From IMG/VR virus record IMGVR_UViG_3300040807_002082, positions 1-64,000 of that record: a DNA stretch of 64,000 nucleotides; one strand, 5' to 3'. Position numbers and translations under genes: made by a program. The notes below the pieces were generated by a model that was not told where the DNA came from, did not search any database, and saw only the letters and a list, made by a program, of their open reading frames with translations. Source of the stretch: a virus. Positions 1 to 8,872 of the stretch are shown piece after piece. Positions within the stretch are counted from its first letter, which is position 1. Each line of letters begins with the position of its first letter.

Positions 1-113
1 TGTCTTGTCATATCGCTTGCGGCATGTTGAGCAATTGCTAAGTTTCCGCCATTTCCTATAATGGCAATGCGATTAGCTTGAGTAATACAATCAGCTATTC
101 TTTTGTCTATCAA
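1..113 (-). CDS. SIS-domain sugar-phosphate isomerase (GmhA-like), N-terminal part, runs off window
   Basis: Hand translation from TTG at 113: (M)IDKRIADCITQANRIAIIGNGGNLAIAQHAASDMTR; GNGG...AQH.A motif of GmhA; overlaps kdsB stop. Confidence 0.75.
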   Translation of the reverse strand, partial: MIDKRIADCITQANRIAIIGNGGNLAIAQHAASDMTR

Positions 114-789
114 GATACTTCTCCACTAATTTAATATCACTTGGAACGTCAACGGCCGGCGTACGTTCACTAATCATATATGGTATAACATCAACTATTC
201 CTATGAATGCTAATGTGTCTAGTCCTTTATGCGCATATACTAATTCTTGATCATATTCTGGAAAATTCATAATTACACCAAGATCATATACATATAAACC
301 ATTAATACCAACAAGATTTGGACTATACATTAGTTCCCGATCAGGAGTTCTTGTTAAGTAAATGATTTTGCCATTGTTGATAACGGCTTTAACAACATTT
401 ATATTACTACGTTCTTCTTCTGTTAATGGATAACAACACTGAACCATTTCAGCATTTGTTTCAAACATTTTACGAATGATTCCAGATATCATCTCAGGTG
501 TAACACACGGTTCATCACTTTGTAAATTTACAATATAATCAGCATCAGTTTGAATAACAGCCTCAGCAACTCGTGAAGTACAAGTGTTGTGAATCTTTTT
601 TGTTTTAATAAGATTAGGCGCCCAGATGCTGTCGTATTCGTCAGCAGCTACATATACTTTATTAATATCTGCACAAGCGTTCGCGTTATCAATGCAATGC
701 TGTAGCATTGATTTACCTTTTATTTCAGCAAATATTTTGTTTGGAAAGCGAGTTGATGCAGTTCTCGCTGGTATAATACATTCAATCAT
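91..789 (-). CDS. kdsB: 3-deoxy-manno-octulosonate (CMP-KDO) cytidylyltransferase
   Basis: IIPARTASTRFPNK N-terminal motif, NLQSDEP, VKAV, AVDVPSD. Confidence 0.85.
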   Translation of the reverse strand: MIECIIPARTASTRFPNKIFAEIKGKSMLQHCIDNANACADINKVYVAADEYDSIWAPNLIKTKKIHNTCTSRVAEAVIQTDADYIVNLQSDEPCVTPEMISGIIRKMFETNAEMVQCCYPLTEEERSNINVVKAVINNGKIIYLTRTPDRELMYSPNLVGINGLYVYDLGVIMNFPEYDQELVYAHKGLDTLAFIGIVDVIPYMISERTPAVDVPSDIKLVEKYLDRQKNS

Positions 790-1700
790 TTTTTTATCAT
801 TCCTATAAAAGCTTTTATCACTTCAATCTCGTCCACTATATGCCGTTGATCTTGATTTGGTTTTGTTATAACACAGTCTCTTTCCCAATCGTATTGTCTT
901 ATTTTTCCTATTGGGCTTGACATAGAACCCCAAGTTGCTCTTTGAACTTCGTGTTCTTCAAGAACTCCTTCTCTTGTTCTAACCTCGTGGGTTTCAATTG
1001 GTACTGCATCAAAATGATGCCAAGCAATAGCCGGTATTCCAACCATCGCCGCAGTAAAATATGTAGCACCCGAATAGCAAAAGTGATAATCAGAATATCT
1101 CATAGTTTCGTACATTTCTTGTGCTGTCATTTTATAATCAATATATTTAATATAATATCCATATTGGTTTGCGTATTTTTTGACGAGTGGTAGAATTCTT
1201 TCTTCTGCTTCAACGACTTTGTCTCGCCTGCGCGGAGACATTAATCTCTCGGCTTTATGCACGGTTATGTAATTGCCCTGAGGATCCCATTGCTTTTCAA
1301 ACGGCCAAATTTGAGAATGCCTCCATTGCGTTGATTGAGAAGGATACGCATCGTGTGCTCGGTATATACTGATTATTGCGCCGTTCTTTGGTGCCTTTAA
1401 ATTCTTTATGAAATATAATACTGATTCGTATGCGGTTTCAGCATTTTCAGGTTTTCTTTTCCAATGCTTTGCTATTGTCCAAAGAACCGTTATATGAAGA
1501 GGCTCGTTTGTTACATGCTCATCTGCTAATTGCTGCGCATCTAAAAAGGCAGGACTAAGCAAACTCATAATCGTTGCGTGAGAATGAGATGTATGGTTGC
1601 AGAATCTAATTATTCGGGATTTTGCCGGGTCAGTTTTTATACCCGAAGGATCGCATCCTTTATAAATAGTTTCAAGGTGGGTTATATTCACAGTATTCAT
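786..1700 (-). CDS. hypothetical protein, possible GT-B glycosyltransferase (GT9-like C-terminus)
   Basis: 304 aa; YSGATYFTAAMVGIP resembles the GT9 DSG..H.AAA.G.P motif; first gene of kdsB operon. Confidence 0.5.
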   Translation of the reverse strand: MNTVNITHLETIYKGCDPSGIKTDPAKSRIIRFCNHTSHSHATIMSLLSPAFLDAQQLADEHVTNEPLHITVLWTIAKHWKRKPENAETAYESVLYFIKNLKAPKNGAIISIYRAHDAYPSQSTQWRHSQIWPFEKQWDPQGNYITVHKAERLMSPRRRDKVVEAEERILPLVKKYANQYGYYIKYIDYKMTAQEMYETMRYSDYHFCYSGATYFTAAMVGIPAIAWHHFDAVPIETHEVRTREGVLEEHEVQRATWGSMSSPIGKIRQYDWERDCVITKPNQDQRHIVDEIEVIKAFIGMIKK

Positions 1701-1705
1701 ACTGT

Positions 1706-1713
1706 TATTTATA
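1706..1713 (-). promoter_or_regulatory. T4-type late promoter TATAAATA, 5 nt before ATG (leaderless mRNA candidate)
   Basis: TATTTATA on + strand; TATAAATA-ACAGT-ATG on - strand. Confidence 0.7.
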
Positions 1714-1725
1714 AGGAGACCTTAA

Positions 1726-1887
1726 ATGATATCAGAAGAAAGAACCTGCAATAAATGTGGGCACCGCTGCCATTGCTATGCACCCAATTGTAAAGAATGT
1801 GTTAATGATGTGTGTGGAACTTGCGACTGCAAAGAACCAGATAGAACAGGAACGGATGCTAGAAATTGGGATGGATATTTAAAATAA
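1726..1887 (+). CDS. small Cys-rich metallothionein-like protein (53 aa, 9 Cys)
   Basis: Hand translation MISEERTCNKCGHRCHCYAPNCKECVNDVCGTCDCKEPDRTGTDARNWDGYLK; SD AAGGAG; TATAAATA at 1661. Confidence 0.75.
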   Translation: MISEERTCNKCGHRCHCYAPNCKECVNDVCGTCDCKEPDRTGTDARNWDGYLK

Positions 1888-2132
1888 AGGAGCCAAATGA
1901 TGTCGAAGAATGGGGTCGTCACTATCAGCGACTTATCGAAATTCAGTCTATCAAAAGAAGAATTGAAAAACTCAGGAAAGAACTTCATCCTTCACGACCC
2001 AGAACTTTGGAACGAGCAGGAAGCTTGGAGGAAAGGCCACGACCTGTGGAACCAGTACACCAGGACAAAGAAAGCAAAAGAAACGCAGAGTTAGATGCAA
2101 TTAAAGCAAAATTAACAGGAGGAAAGTTATGA
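1866..2132 (+). CDS. hypothetical coiled-coil protein
   Basis: 88 aa ORF; stop overlaps lipase start (ATGA). Confidence 0.55.
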   Translation: MGWIFKIKEPNDVEEWGRHYQRLIEIQSIKRRIEKLRKELHPSRPRTLERAGSLEERPRPVEPVHQDKESKRNAELDAIKAKLTGGKL

Positions 2133-2833
2133 TCTGTAACAAAATGGCTAGGTTGGCTGAACTTGCATACCTAGACGGTAAAGAAGCAAAACCTAAAATG
2201 AAGGCCTTGGGGTATACAGGTCATAAGTTTTTTGAAAACGATGGTGCACAGTGCCACGCGGTATGGACTAAAGAAGAATATGTTCTTGCGTTCCGCGGCA
2301 CCGAACCGTCTGAACTTTCAGATGTACTTGCCGATTTAAATGCAATCCCACGTGGTGCTATGACCCACGGGTTGGTACATTCAGGTTTTAGAAACGAATG
2401 CGATAAAATATGGGATGATATTGTATTGCACCACGGCAAAGGCCATACAACTAAAAAGCTTTATATCACAGGACATTCGTTAGGTGCTGCAATGGCAACC
2501 ATTGCTACATCACGTTTCGAAGAAGATATGAAAGTCGAACAGTTAACAACGTTTGGATCACCAAGAGTTGGTACTCGTAAATTTGTTAAGAATATTGAAA
2601 CAAAGCATATGCGGTTTGTTAATAACAACGATATCGTTACAAAGGTTCCACTATTCATTATGGGTTACAAGCACCATGGTGAATTACAATATATTAACTT
2701 CTATGGCAACATTCGCAAAATGACTGGGTGGCAGTTAATCAAGGATAGATGGCGTGGTTGGAAATCTGGAATTTTAGATGGAGCAAAAGATCATGGTATG
2801 GACAATTATGTCCGTTGTACTGAAGGAAAGTAA
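2129..2833 (+). CDS. class 3 lipase
   Basis: AFRGT, GLVHSGF, ITGHSLGAA nucleophile elbow, TFGSPRVG, DIVTKVP, C-terminal His. Confidence 0.92.
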   Translation: MICNKMARLAELAYLDGKEAKPKMKALGYTGHKFFENDGAQCHAVWTKEEYVLAFRGTEPSELSDVLADLNAIPRGAMTHGLVHSGFRNECDKIWDDIVLHHGKGHTTKKLYITGHSLGAAMATIATSRFEEDMKVEQLTTFGSPRVGTRKFVKNIETKHMRFVNNNDIVTKVPLFIMGYKHHGELQYINFYGNIRKMTGWQLIKDRWRGWKSGILDGAKDHGMDNYVRCTEGK

Positions 2834-2836
2834 TAA

Positions 2837-3229
2837 ATGGAAATGCTAACAAGAATGTTTGGAGATACGCTGTGGATTTATACGGCTATAGGTGGCTCGT
2901 TAATAGGTGCAGCGTTTTTAGCATGGTTTAGAAACACACACGCTGCGTTATGGCTAATGAGTAAGTTTGATTTGTTTTTAGACTCATTAGTTGACAAGTT
3001 TGGCTGGGATTTTTTACAAGATGACCCAGAAGCTTGGCGCAAAAGATACCCAAAAGTAACCAAAAAGATTGATGAGCTTGAAGCTCGGATCAAGGAACTC
3101 GAAGCGATGGCACACCCATCAAGAGAGCTTGAAGAGTTTTCCGCGTGGCCTGAGCTTGATCTTCGTATCAAAAATTTAGAAGAAGGTCGTAAAGCAAAGA
3201 TCATTCGACAGAAAGGAGAAAAAAAATGA
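2837..3229 (+). CDS. hypothetical protein, N-terminal TM helix and coiled coil
   Basis: 130 aa ORF with SD; hydrophobic N-terminus. Confidence 0.75.
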   Translation: MEMLTRMFGDTLWIYTAIGGSLIGAAFLAWFRNTHAALWLMSKFDLFLDSLVDKFGWDFLQDDPEAWRKRYPKVTKKIDELEARIKELEAMAHPSRELEEFSAWPELDLRIKNLEEGRKAKIIRQKGEKK

Positions 3230-3384
3230 TGGGATGGATTAAAGGAAGATTAATGGAACGCACATCTTGGGATGGCGCAATGTTAATCGGTGTTGGTCTT
3301 GTCGGTTTAATGATGCCACTTGACCTAGTTTCTTATGCAGCAATTGCGTGGGGAGCAGTTACATTACTCAAATCAGAAGAGTAA
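3226..3384 (+). CDS. small 2-TM membrane protein (52 aa, holin-like)
   Basis: Hand translation MMGWIKGRLMERTSWDGAMLIGVGLVGLMMPLDLVSYAAIAWGAVTLLKSEE; SD AAGGAG; ATGA overlap. Confidence 0.75.
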   Translation: MMGWIKGRLMERTSWDGAMLIGVGLVGLMMPLDLVSYAAIAWGAVTLLKSEE

Positions 3385-3687
3385 TTATTTTTTAGGCTTG
3401 TAATACTTATCGTATATAAAGCCTATTTGTCTACGTTCAGGATGCTTATGTATCCACTGACCGGTTGATGGATCAAACTTGTTCTTAAAAAAGTTATCCA
3501 TCTTCCGGTTTCCAGTCTTAATAGACGGATCTACTTTCAAACACATTGCGTCAAATTCAGAATCAGGAATAAGCGATTCGTTTTCAAATTCATAAGCATA
3601 CGCATAAACGCTTAATTTAATACGTAAACGGATTTGTTCTGATTTTAAATCCTCGGGTGTTTTCTCAACAAAATCTAATAGCGACAT
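3385..3687 (-). CDS. stand-alone NAD-dependent DNA ligase subdomain Ia-like protein
   Basis: AYAYEFENESLIPDSEFD resembles the YY..D.P.ISD.EYD motif of LigA domain Ia. Confidence 0.65.
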   Translation of the reverse strand: MSLLDFVEKTPEDLKSEQIRLRIKLSVYAYAYEFENESLIPDSEFDAMCLKVDPSIKTGNRKMDNFFKNKFDPSTGQWIHKHPERRQIGFIYDKYYKPKK

Positions 3688-5024
3688 TTAATTCTCATCT
3701 GTATTTGATTTTTAGGGCAGGTGGTTAACCGATGAGCAGGTTCAACATGTTGATGACCGTGTAACTCAAAATCATAATTCATAATCATATTTGCCATAAC
3801 AACAAGTGCTTCAGTTTGAGCAAATGCTGAACCTGCACAAATATGAGGTCCACCGCCAAACGGAATATACGTACCTGGGATTATCTTGTCTTTATTTTCA
3901 GGCAAAAATCTGTCAGGAATAAAAGCATTTGGTTTAACCCAATACTTATTGTGTCTATGTATTGCGTATGGAATTACTAATATTGATCTATCAGCAATTA
4001 ACTTATAGCCTTCAATTTCAATGTCTTGGCTTGGGCAACGAGGAAACACTGTACTTGGCGGATATAGTCTCAATGTTTCCTGAAAGAAGGCTTTTGTAAA
4101 TTCAAGCTTATTCAAATTCTTTTGAGTTAATCCTTCTTTATAAATCTGTTTGATTTCGGTCCGCATACGGCTAATGTGTTGTGGTTGTTGCGTAAGGATA
4201 TAAAATATCCATGTTAGTACACTTGCCGTAGTTTCGTGGCCAGATAAAAAGAATACTGTAAGTTGGTCAATAATCTCTTCTTTGCTAAAGCCGTTACCAT
4301 CTTTATCTTTTGCGTTAATAACAAGATGAGCAATGTTATCCTTACTCGTATTGTTTACGTATTCATATCCGATTTGACTACGGATCCTACGGCAGGCGCG
4401 ATAAAAGATAGGTGGTTGTTTTTGTATCCGACTAGGATTTGTTATAAAGGTAGCAATATCTCTTGATGAAACCAATCTTTTAAACAATGACCAATCATCA
4501 AACATTTGTCTAGAAACATGGTCACTGATTGGTTTACCGAACATCAAACGATACATAACGTCTGACGTTAGATAATACATCATATAATCAAGAGAGAAAG
4601 TCCTTGGCAAATTCTCAATGAACTCATTAACAGTTTCAAGAATTGTGTCAAAGGACTTTTGGGATCTTAAAGAATAATAAGCAGGCGCAAGCATTTGTTT
4701 ATCCTTTGCCCACTTTTCTCCGGTTGTAATGAATAGACTTTTGCCGCCAAGTTCTTCTATAGAACTAACCAATAAATCGCTTTTATAAAATAATCCTTTT
4801 TCATCCTGAAGGATTTCTTTTGCGATTTTAGGATTGTTAACTAAAAGACTTCCTTGTCTTCCGAAAGGAACAACGTCGAGATTAAACGCAGTATCAGGTA
4901 ACAATTCTAAAAAGTTACCGTCGCCTTTGTATGCAGATCTTGCTAAAGACTGTAGTTGATTGAGCGCAATTGGCTTTGGCGGAATATAATCCACATTAGA
5001 ACTCCCGAAGCAAAGCTGACGCAA
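3675..5024 (-). CDS. cytochrome P450 (probable start GTG at 4994)
   Basis: I-helix SGHETT, K-helix ETLR, PDRF, heme motif FGGGPHICAG; N-terminal PPKP. Confidence 0.95.
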   Translation of the reverse strand: MRQLCFGSSNVDYIPPKPIALNQLQSLARSAYKGDGNFLELLPDTAFNLDVVPFGRQGSLLVNNPKIAKEILQDEKGLFYKSDLLVSSIEELGGKSLFITTGEKWAKDKQMLAPAYYSLRSQKSFDTILETVNEFIENLPRTFSLDYMMYYLTSDVMYRLMFGKPISDHVSRQMFDDWSLFKRLVSSRDIATFITNPSRIQKQPPIFYRACRRIRSQIGYEYVNNTSKDNIAHLVINAKDKDGNGFSKEEIIDQLTVFFLSGHETTASVLTWIFYILTQQPQHISRMRTEIKQIYKEGLTQKNLNKLEFTKAFFQETLRLYPPSTVFPRCPSQDIEIEGYKLIADRSILVIPYAIHRHNKYWVKPNAFIPDRFLPENKDKIIPGTYIPFGGGPHICAGSAFAQTEALVVMANMIMNYDFELHGHQHVEPAHRLTTCPKNQIQMRIKCRY

Positions 5025-5250
5025 GCATAATTGACATAACGCTATTCAATACAATAAGTGATCTGTCTTTCCACATAACCGAAACCCATAACCATAACAA
5101 GGTTCCAAACGTACCAACCGCAAGGTCAAGCATACGCCATTCAGGTCCTGCTTGTCGGAAAGTTACAGATACTAGGATAGCAACAGTTGCCGCCCATTTA
5201 ATGTACCAAGAAAAATTTTCACCATACCACTTGTCATCAGGTTTCATCAT
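4996..5250 (-). CDS. small 3-TM membrane protein
   Basis: 84 aa, three hydrophobic segments, W..KW.AT and WKDRSLIVLN. Confidence 0.75.
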   Translation of the reverse strand: MMKPDDKWYGENFSWYIKWAATVAILVSVTFRQAGPEWRMLDLAVGTFGTLLWLWVSVMWKDRSLIVLNSVMSIMLASALLREF

Positions 5251-5488
5251 TATCCCTTAAAGTTTTCGCCTGCATATCAACCATATCTTGTACACTTGCG
5301 ATTGCCAATTCTACAATATTTTCACTAATTGGCTGCAAGTTACCTGAATATAAACCAATTACAATATTATCTTCAATTTTATTACGGTTTACTTTGCCAT
5401 TATCTAACGGAAGGTGAAGACGCTGCGACAGAATATCTAACGCTAACGCACCTGCCTGTCTTACTTCATATTTTTCCTGTTTTGTCAT
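5237..5488 (-). CDS. hypothetical protein
   Basis: 83 aa; preceded by TTGACA-17-TAGTAT promoter. Confidence 0.7.
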   Translation of the reverse strand: MTKQEKYEVRQAGALALDILSQRLHLPLDNGKVNRNKIEDNIVIGLYSGNLQPISENIVELAIASVQDMVDMQAKTLRDNDET

Positions 5489-5528
5489 AAGAGATCCTTA
5501 ATTCAATATAGTAATACTATACTATTAT

Positions 5529-6245
5529 TTAGGAGATGTCAACCATTTTTTTCCATTTTTCAACAGGCGGCAATGTTCGTTGATATGACATTGAATGATT
5601 ACGAGTAATTAAGATATCACCTGAAACACAGAATCTTGTCTTATACAAATCTTCTTTTGTTTTAAAACCTTGAATACCTGTAGGTTGATCTCCGTCGCGT
5701 ACTTCAACGTCGTGCGACAGGTCAGATGGGAAGATATACAAAACACCTTCGTTAACTTGAAGGTACACAACATTAGAATTTACCGAATCCCAGTCTGTTA
5801 CGTTATCGTTAAAGAAAAGGCCATATGGTTCGTTTGCGTGTTTGCCGTTTTTAAACAGCATCAGATCTCTTTCTTTACCTTCTGCAATGTGTGGATAATA
5901 TACAAAAGAGATATGGTTTTCAGCATGATCGTGTTTACGAATACCTGCCTCATTCGTTACATTAAAGAATGACTTTGTGATATGCAGGTCAATATTTTTT
6001 CTATTGATATGTAACCCATCAAGGTATTCATGAACCGCAGGATTCAAAACGTGTTGATAGAAAAAGGAAACAGAATCATCAAGGTGTAATTCTTCAAATC
6101 CGAGCCAATCGTGAGATTCACCATTTTGATTTGAATGCTTTAGAAATAAATCAAACCACAGTTCTTTTTCTTCTTGTCTAACCGTGCGATCTAATTTTGT
6201 TACGACCGTCGGAAATAATAATATATGTTCCATTTTTAATCCCAA
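5529..6245 (-). CDS. 2OG-Fe(II) oxygenase, TIGR02466-like
   Basis: LFPT start, HDH..NHISFVYY, IFPSDLSH.V, R..VS. Confidence 0.8.
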   Translation of the reverse strand: MGLKMEHILLFPTVVTKLDRTVRQEEKELWFDLFLKHSNQNGESHDWLGFEELHLDDSVSFFYQHVLNPAVHEYLDGLHINRKNIDLHITKSFFNVTNEAGIRKHDHAENHISFVYYPHIAEGKERDLMLFKNGKHANEPYGLFFNDNVTDWDSVNSNVVYLQVNEGVLYIFPSDLSHDVEVRDGDQPTGIQGFKTKEDLYKTRFCVSGDILITRNHSMSYQRTLPPVEKWKKMVDIS

Positions 6246-6883
6246 AGGTTTTCATAATACTTTCCGAATAATCGGAATCCATTGTTCATTCTTTCTTGAT
6301 GTGCTTTTCGGCCTTCATCATCTGTCCATTCAAAGCGGCCGCCCATTATGCTGCCATCTTCACTTTGAATATACGGGCCGTAATAATCTTCTTCCCAAGA
6401 ATCGCGGCATTTTTGCTCAAATGCCCAAATCATTTCGTCCATAATCCAATCCCAACGATCAAAAAACTTTTCGTCAGTTTCGCCGTTTGACCGAAATGCT
6501 TTGCTTTCAGGATCATTAATTCGCAATTCTTCTGGCACATCAGTCATATCAACATTTGGAGCACCTTGCTTAGTTTCTTTTAATTGTTTGAGCATTGAAA
6601 GTATAATTGGAGCAAGAGTATGATCCATGCTCCAAGTGTCATACCGGTCAATACGAACTTTAACTTTTTGTTCTTTGCGATCAAGATACAAGTTGATTGA
6701 ACGGTTATAGATCCACTGTAACACATCTTCTGTTTTTTCTAAAAAGTTTTCAAAACGTGTCTGTGTTTCAGGCCAATCGGTGTAGACGTCATACTTTTTT
6801 TTCATGTAACGGTCGTGTACACAACTTACCCAACGGTTTACATATGGTCCAATATAAACTTTCATTATATAAACAACTCCCAA
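6236..6883 (-). CDS. conserved phage hypothetical protein
   Basis: 215 aa; DTWSMDHTLA, WDWIMDEMIWAF, GFRLFGKYY. Confidence 0.8.
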   Translation of the reverse strand: MGVVYIMKVYIGPYVNRWVSCVHDRYMKKKYDVYTDWPETQTRFENFLEKTEDVLQWIYNRSINLYLDRKEQKVKVRIDRYDTWSMDHTLAPIILSMLKQLKETKQGAPNVDMTDVPEELRINDPESKAFRSNGETDEKFFDRWDWIMDEMIWAFEQKCRDSWEEDYYGPYIQSEDGSIMGGRFEWTDDEGRKAHQERMNNGFRLFGKYYENLWD

Positions 6884-7374
6884 CTTGGATGCTTAATTGT
6901 AAATTCCATCTGTTTTCTTTTACGAACCAATTCCCAATATCCTGGGCGGTATGGTTTATATTTAGGCTTCCAATCCATTCGGTTGCCTTTCGTCGAGTTG
7001 CAAGGATTACATGCTGCAACAATATTAGTCCACTCGGTTTTACCACCCCTACTAATTGGAATCACGTGGTCCATAGTTAAGTGAGTACGGCCAAAGTCGT
7101 TTCCGCAGTATTGGCATTTATACTGATCGCGTAAATAAAGGTTAGATTTTGAAAACCTAACCTCTGTCTTTGATTTGATATATTGTTTCATCATAATCAC
7201 GGCGGGAACTTTGGTTTCCCAAGAGGGGCTCCGGACTAGCCAATCGTCGTACCATTCTAATACGTCACACTTATTGTGGTACATGTATCTGATAGCTTCT
7301 TTCCAATTAATAACACTGAGTGGTAAATAGTTGACGGGTTGAGCATTTGCGTTTAGAATCAAAACGTCGGACAA
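6865..7374 (-). CDS. HNH endonuclease (McrA-like)
   Basis: RD.Y.CQYCG...TMDHVIP.SRGG...W.N.VAAC..CN..K. Confidence 0.92.
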   Translation of the reverse strand: MSDVLILNANAQPVNYLPLSVINWKEAIRYMYHNKCDVLEWYDDWLVRSPSWETKVPAVIMMKQYIKSKTEVRFSKSNLYLRDQYKCQYCGNDFGRTHLTMDHVIPISRGGKTEWTNIVAACNPCNSTKGNRMDWKPKYKPYRPGYWELVRKRKQMEFTIKHPSWELFI

Positions 7375-7397
7375 CTTTAGACCTCCTTTTTTGCTAT

Positions 7398-8279
7398 CTA
7401 ATGGTATTTATTTAACTCCAACCTAAATTGATCTTTACACATTTGTTCTAAGCTTTTTGTTAAATTGCAATGTTCAGACAAATTATCCACGATACAACAT
7501 TCAGCATCTCCATCACGCCTAGGTGCTAATTTAATTGGTATCTCCTGCCCTGTAGTATTTCGCATTGCTGTAATTACATCAAGCACTGTATAGCCTTGTT
7601 TGGATCCAAGGCATTCGTATGGCGTATTTGTTGGACCTTTTAATATCGCACTTAATATTGAATTACATACATCAGTAACATGAATATAGTCACGGATACA
7701 AGTACCGTCACGAGTATTGTAGTCATCACCAAATATCTCAACGTGGGGAATCTTCCCACAAGCCACCATAGCAGCACGACGAATGAGATGGGTAGCAGGA
7801 CCAAGCTGGCGATGTATCCCATCGCTACCGCTAACATTAAAAAATCTAAAAATAGTATATCCATCTGACCTTTCCTTGATAATATCCTCGGCAGCTACCT
7901 TACTTCGAGCATATGGAGATTTCATTTCAAAAGCAGAACTTGTACTTGCAAATATAAAATGATTTGAGAAAACAGACCTAAGTAAATTGTCTGTTCCCAT
8001 TGTATTTACTCTATAATATTCAGAAGGTTCCTTTAAACTTTGTGGTACAACCGAACGACCAGCAAGGTGTACAACTGTATCGTATGCGTCAAACATTATT
8101 CTATCAGTAACATCATTAAATATACTAAAGCTTTCGTTTACATATTTGGTTATGTCATTATATTCGCCATGGAACCTAATATCCATAGTATCCATTTCAA
8201 AGCCACCCCATTCTGCCAACAGCTTAACAAGATGACTACCAATATAACCTTCGGCGCCTGTGATTAATACTTTTCTCAT
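7398..8279 (-). CDS. galE: UDP-glucose 4-epimerase
   Basis: ITGAEGYIGSH, SPYARSK, FRFFNV.G, DGTCIRDYIHV. Confidence 0.9.
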   Translation of the reverse strand: MRKVLITGAEGYIGSHLVKLLAEWGGFEMDTMDIRFHGEYNDITKYVNESFSIFNDVTDRIMFDAYDTVVHLAGRSVVPQSLKEPSEYYRVNTMGTDNLLRSVFSNHFIFASTSSAFEMKSPYARSKVAAEDIIKERSDGYTIFRFFNVSGSDGIHRQLGPATHLIRRAAMVACGKIPHVEIFGDDYNTRDGTCIRDYIHVTDVCNSILSAILKGPTNTPYECLGSKQGYTVLDVITAMRNTTGQEIPIKLAPRRDGDAECCIVDNLSEHCNLTKSLEQMCKDQFRLELNKYH

Positions 8280-8362
8280 ATTGTATACTTTATATTTAAG
8301 TAAATTACTATAGATACTACTATATCACACAGTACACATCGTGTCAACAAATAAATACTGTT

Positions 8363-8872
8363 ATGAAACATATTATTCTTCTTTTACTCGCTTTAGCTGT
8401 ATCTGCGTGTGATTTTAATGCGTCAGATAATATTTTTTCACGAGCATTACCTGCGCAAGAACAAACCTTAGCGCACAAAGCATATTATTATTTAGGTCTT
8501 GAAGAACAAAAAGATCGTAAACTCCTTAAAGATATAACAGGCGTAGACCCGGTTACAACTGAATGGTGCGCCGCGTTTGTTAATATGGTTCTTTTAGAAA
8601 ACGACATTCCTACCTCTGCCGATGTTAGCCATTACCCGTTGATGGCACGAAGCTTTTTACAATGGGGAAACGAAGTTGATGAACCTAAGAAGGGCGATAT
8701 AATTGTCTTTGAGAGGGGTGAAAGTGGTTGGCAAGGCCATGTTGGATTCTATGTAAATTCCAAGATTGTGAATGGCCAAAAAGTATACTACGTTCTCGGA
8801 GGGAACCAAAACGATAAAGTCTCCATTATGATATACCCAGCAGATAAGCTGTTAAGTATACGCAGGCTATGA
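8363..8872 (+). CDS. TIGR02594-type NlpC/P60/CHAP-like cell-wall peptidase, lipoprotein
   Basis: WCAAFV, GDIIVF, GHVGF, LGGNQ; signal with lipobox VSAC. Confidence 0.85.
   Translation: MKHIILLLLALAVSACDFNASDNIFSRALPAQEQTLAHKAYYYLGLEEQKDRKLLKDITGVDPVTTEWCAAFVNMVLLENDIPTSADVSHYPLMARSFLQWGNEVDEPKKGDIIVFERGESGWQGHVGFYVNSKIVNGQKVYYVLGGNQNDKVSIMIYPADKLLSIRRL

Noticed and set aside
1897-2094. 65-aa ORF with good SD nested in the 88-aa ORF
   Set aside because: The 88-aa frame is coupled to the lipase and looks more protein-like; dual coding cannot be excluded but is unsupported.
4990-5500. P450-RiPP precursor (MxYxH type) near the P450
   Set aside because: No such mini-ORF noticed; the region is filled by two ordinary genes.
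6865-7374. HNH gene as an intron-encoded or mobile homing element
   Set aside because: Free-standing McrA-like gene; no interrupted host gene or intron structure seen.
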